The notes under the pieces were generated by a model. That model did no database searches. It was not told where the DNA came from and worked only from the letters and a program-made list of their open reading frames with translations. Both the position numbers and the translations under genes were made by a program. Shown in pieces: positions 63,379 to 64,000 of a stretch of 64,000 bases of DNA. Where the stretch lies: contig NW_027192194.1 of assembly GCF_041956535.1 (NCBI RefSeq), positions 1,209,531 to 1,273,530 of the forward strand. Reading direction: 5' to 3'. How positions within the stretch are numbered: position 1 is the first letter of the stretch; every line of letters starts with the position of its first letter. This DNA is from Calcarisporiella thermophila CBS 279.70 (taxonomy: Eukaryota > Fungi > Calcarisporiellomycota).

Positions 63379-64000
63379 TCACCGTGAGGAACCCGCCTTA
63401 GATAAGGCTCCCTACCTCTTTCGAACGTACTCTATATCCAATCTTCTGTTTCTATTTCCTTCAGCATATTTCTATTTCATTCCTTGCTCCATTCCCATCC
63501 AAATATAGATATCTCAGTTCCATAAGGACTTTCTTTCACTTACTCGCGCTCCCGTTTTCCCATGAGCAACAAAATTAGTCTATTCATCACAAAAACAAAT
63601 GTTCCAGAGGCGTAGATTGCTGCACATATATATATAAAACGACTAAACGTGAAGAAAGAAAGAAAGAAAAGAAGAGAGAAAACAAAGAAAGAAAAAAAAA
63701 AAGTGGTATTAAAGCTATGCCTGTGCTGCTGGAGCCAACCCAACCCGTAAATTTCCCACATCATACACGATGTAATGGCTCTTTAAAAAGGCCACGCCCA
63801 AAAGCCAGACGCCATCCTTGGTCCCCACCAGGGATGAAAAGCAATATCCATCTCGGCTCTTCACCTGCTCCCTAATCAGGTCTCTATGGGGAACTTTGAA
63901 CTCCTTGCCGCTTATCCAGAAGGTGAGCTGGCTCTTTGTTTTGGGCGGGTTGCAGGGGACTAGCCAGCCAAGCCGGTCGTCATGAACGGACCCGGGGAAG

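Noticed and set aside
1-64000. tRNA/rRNA genes, CRISPR arrays, transposase or reverse-transcriptase ORFs, in-frame TGA selenoproteins
   Set aside because: None detected by eye. tRNAscan-SE, Infernal and RepeatModeler would be needed to exclude small ncRNAs or degenerate elements.

Overview
Eukaryotic, gene-dense, intron-rich fungal genomic DNA. Introns are short GT-AG, often with CTAAC/CTGAC-like branch points. The gene content (CBA1-like binding protein, UBL3/MUB, RBM42, AAR2, DUF4436, ADAM) suggests an early-diverging, non-Dikarya fungus; this is inferred and the taxon is not determined. I reconstructed about 32 protein-coding genes by hand. Several are missed or fragmented in the ORF track because of introns: CTR copper transporter, Sec61-beta, YAE1, PSF3, RPL1, UBL3. 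No rRNA, tRNA, CRISPR or intact transposon was seen. Most notable: (1) two paralogous two-exon genes 14.5 kb apart that encode 54-56 aa Cys/His-rich putative zinc-binding microproteins, with the same intron position and many synonymous differences; (2) two inverted animal/plant-type ER-stress elements (CCAAT-N9-CCACA) in the BiP/KAR2 promoter; (3) a GPI-anchored CBA1/BtuF-like substrate-binding protein; (4) a DUF4436-like membrane protein with pentameric ligand-gated channel-like motifs; (5) a secreted glycine-zipper protein, a spliced SMI1/KNR4 gene and an acidic 147-bp tandem-repeat protein. All family calls come from motif recognition, not database searches.
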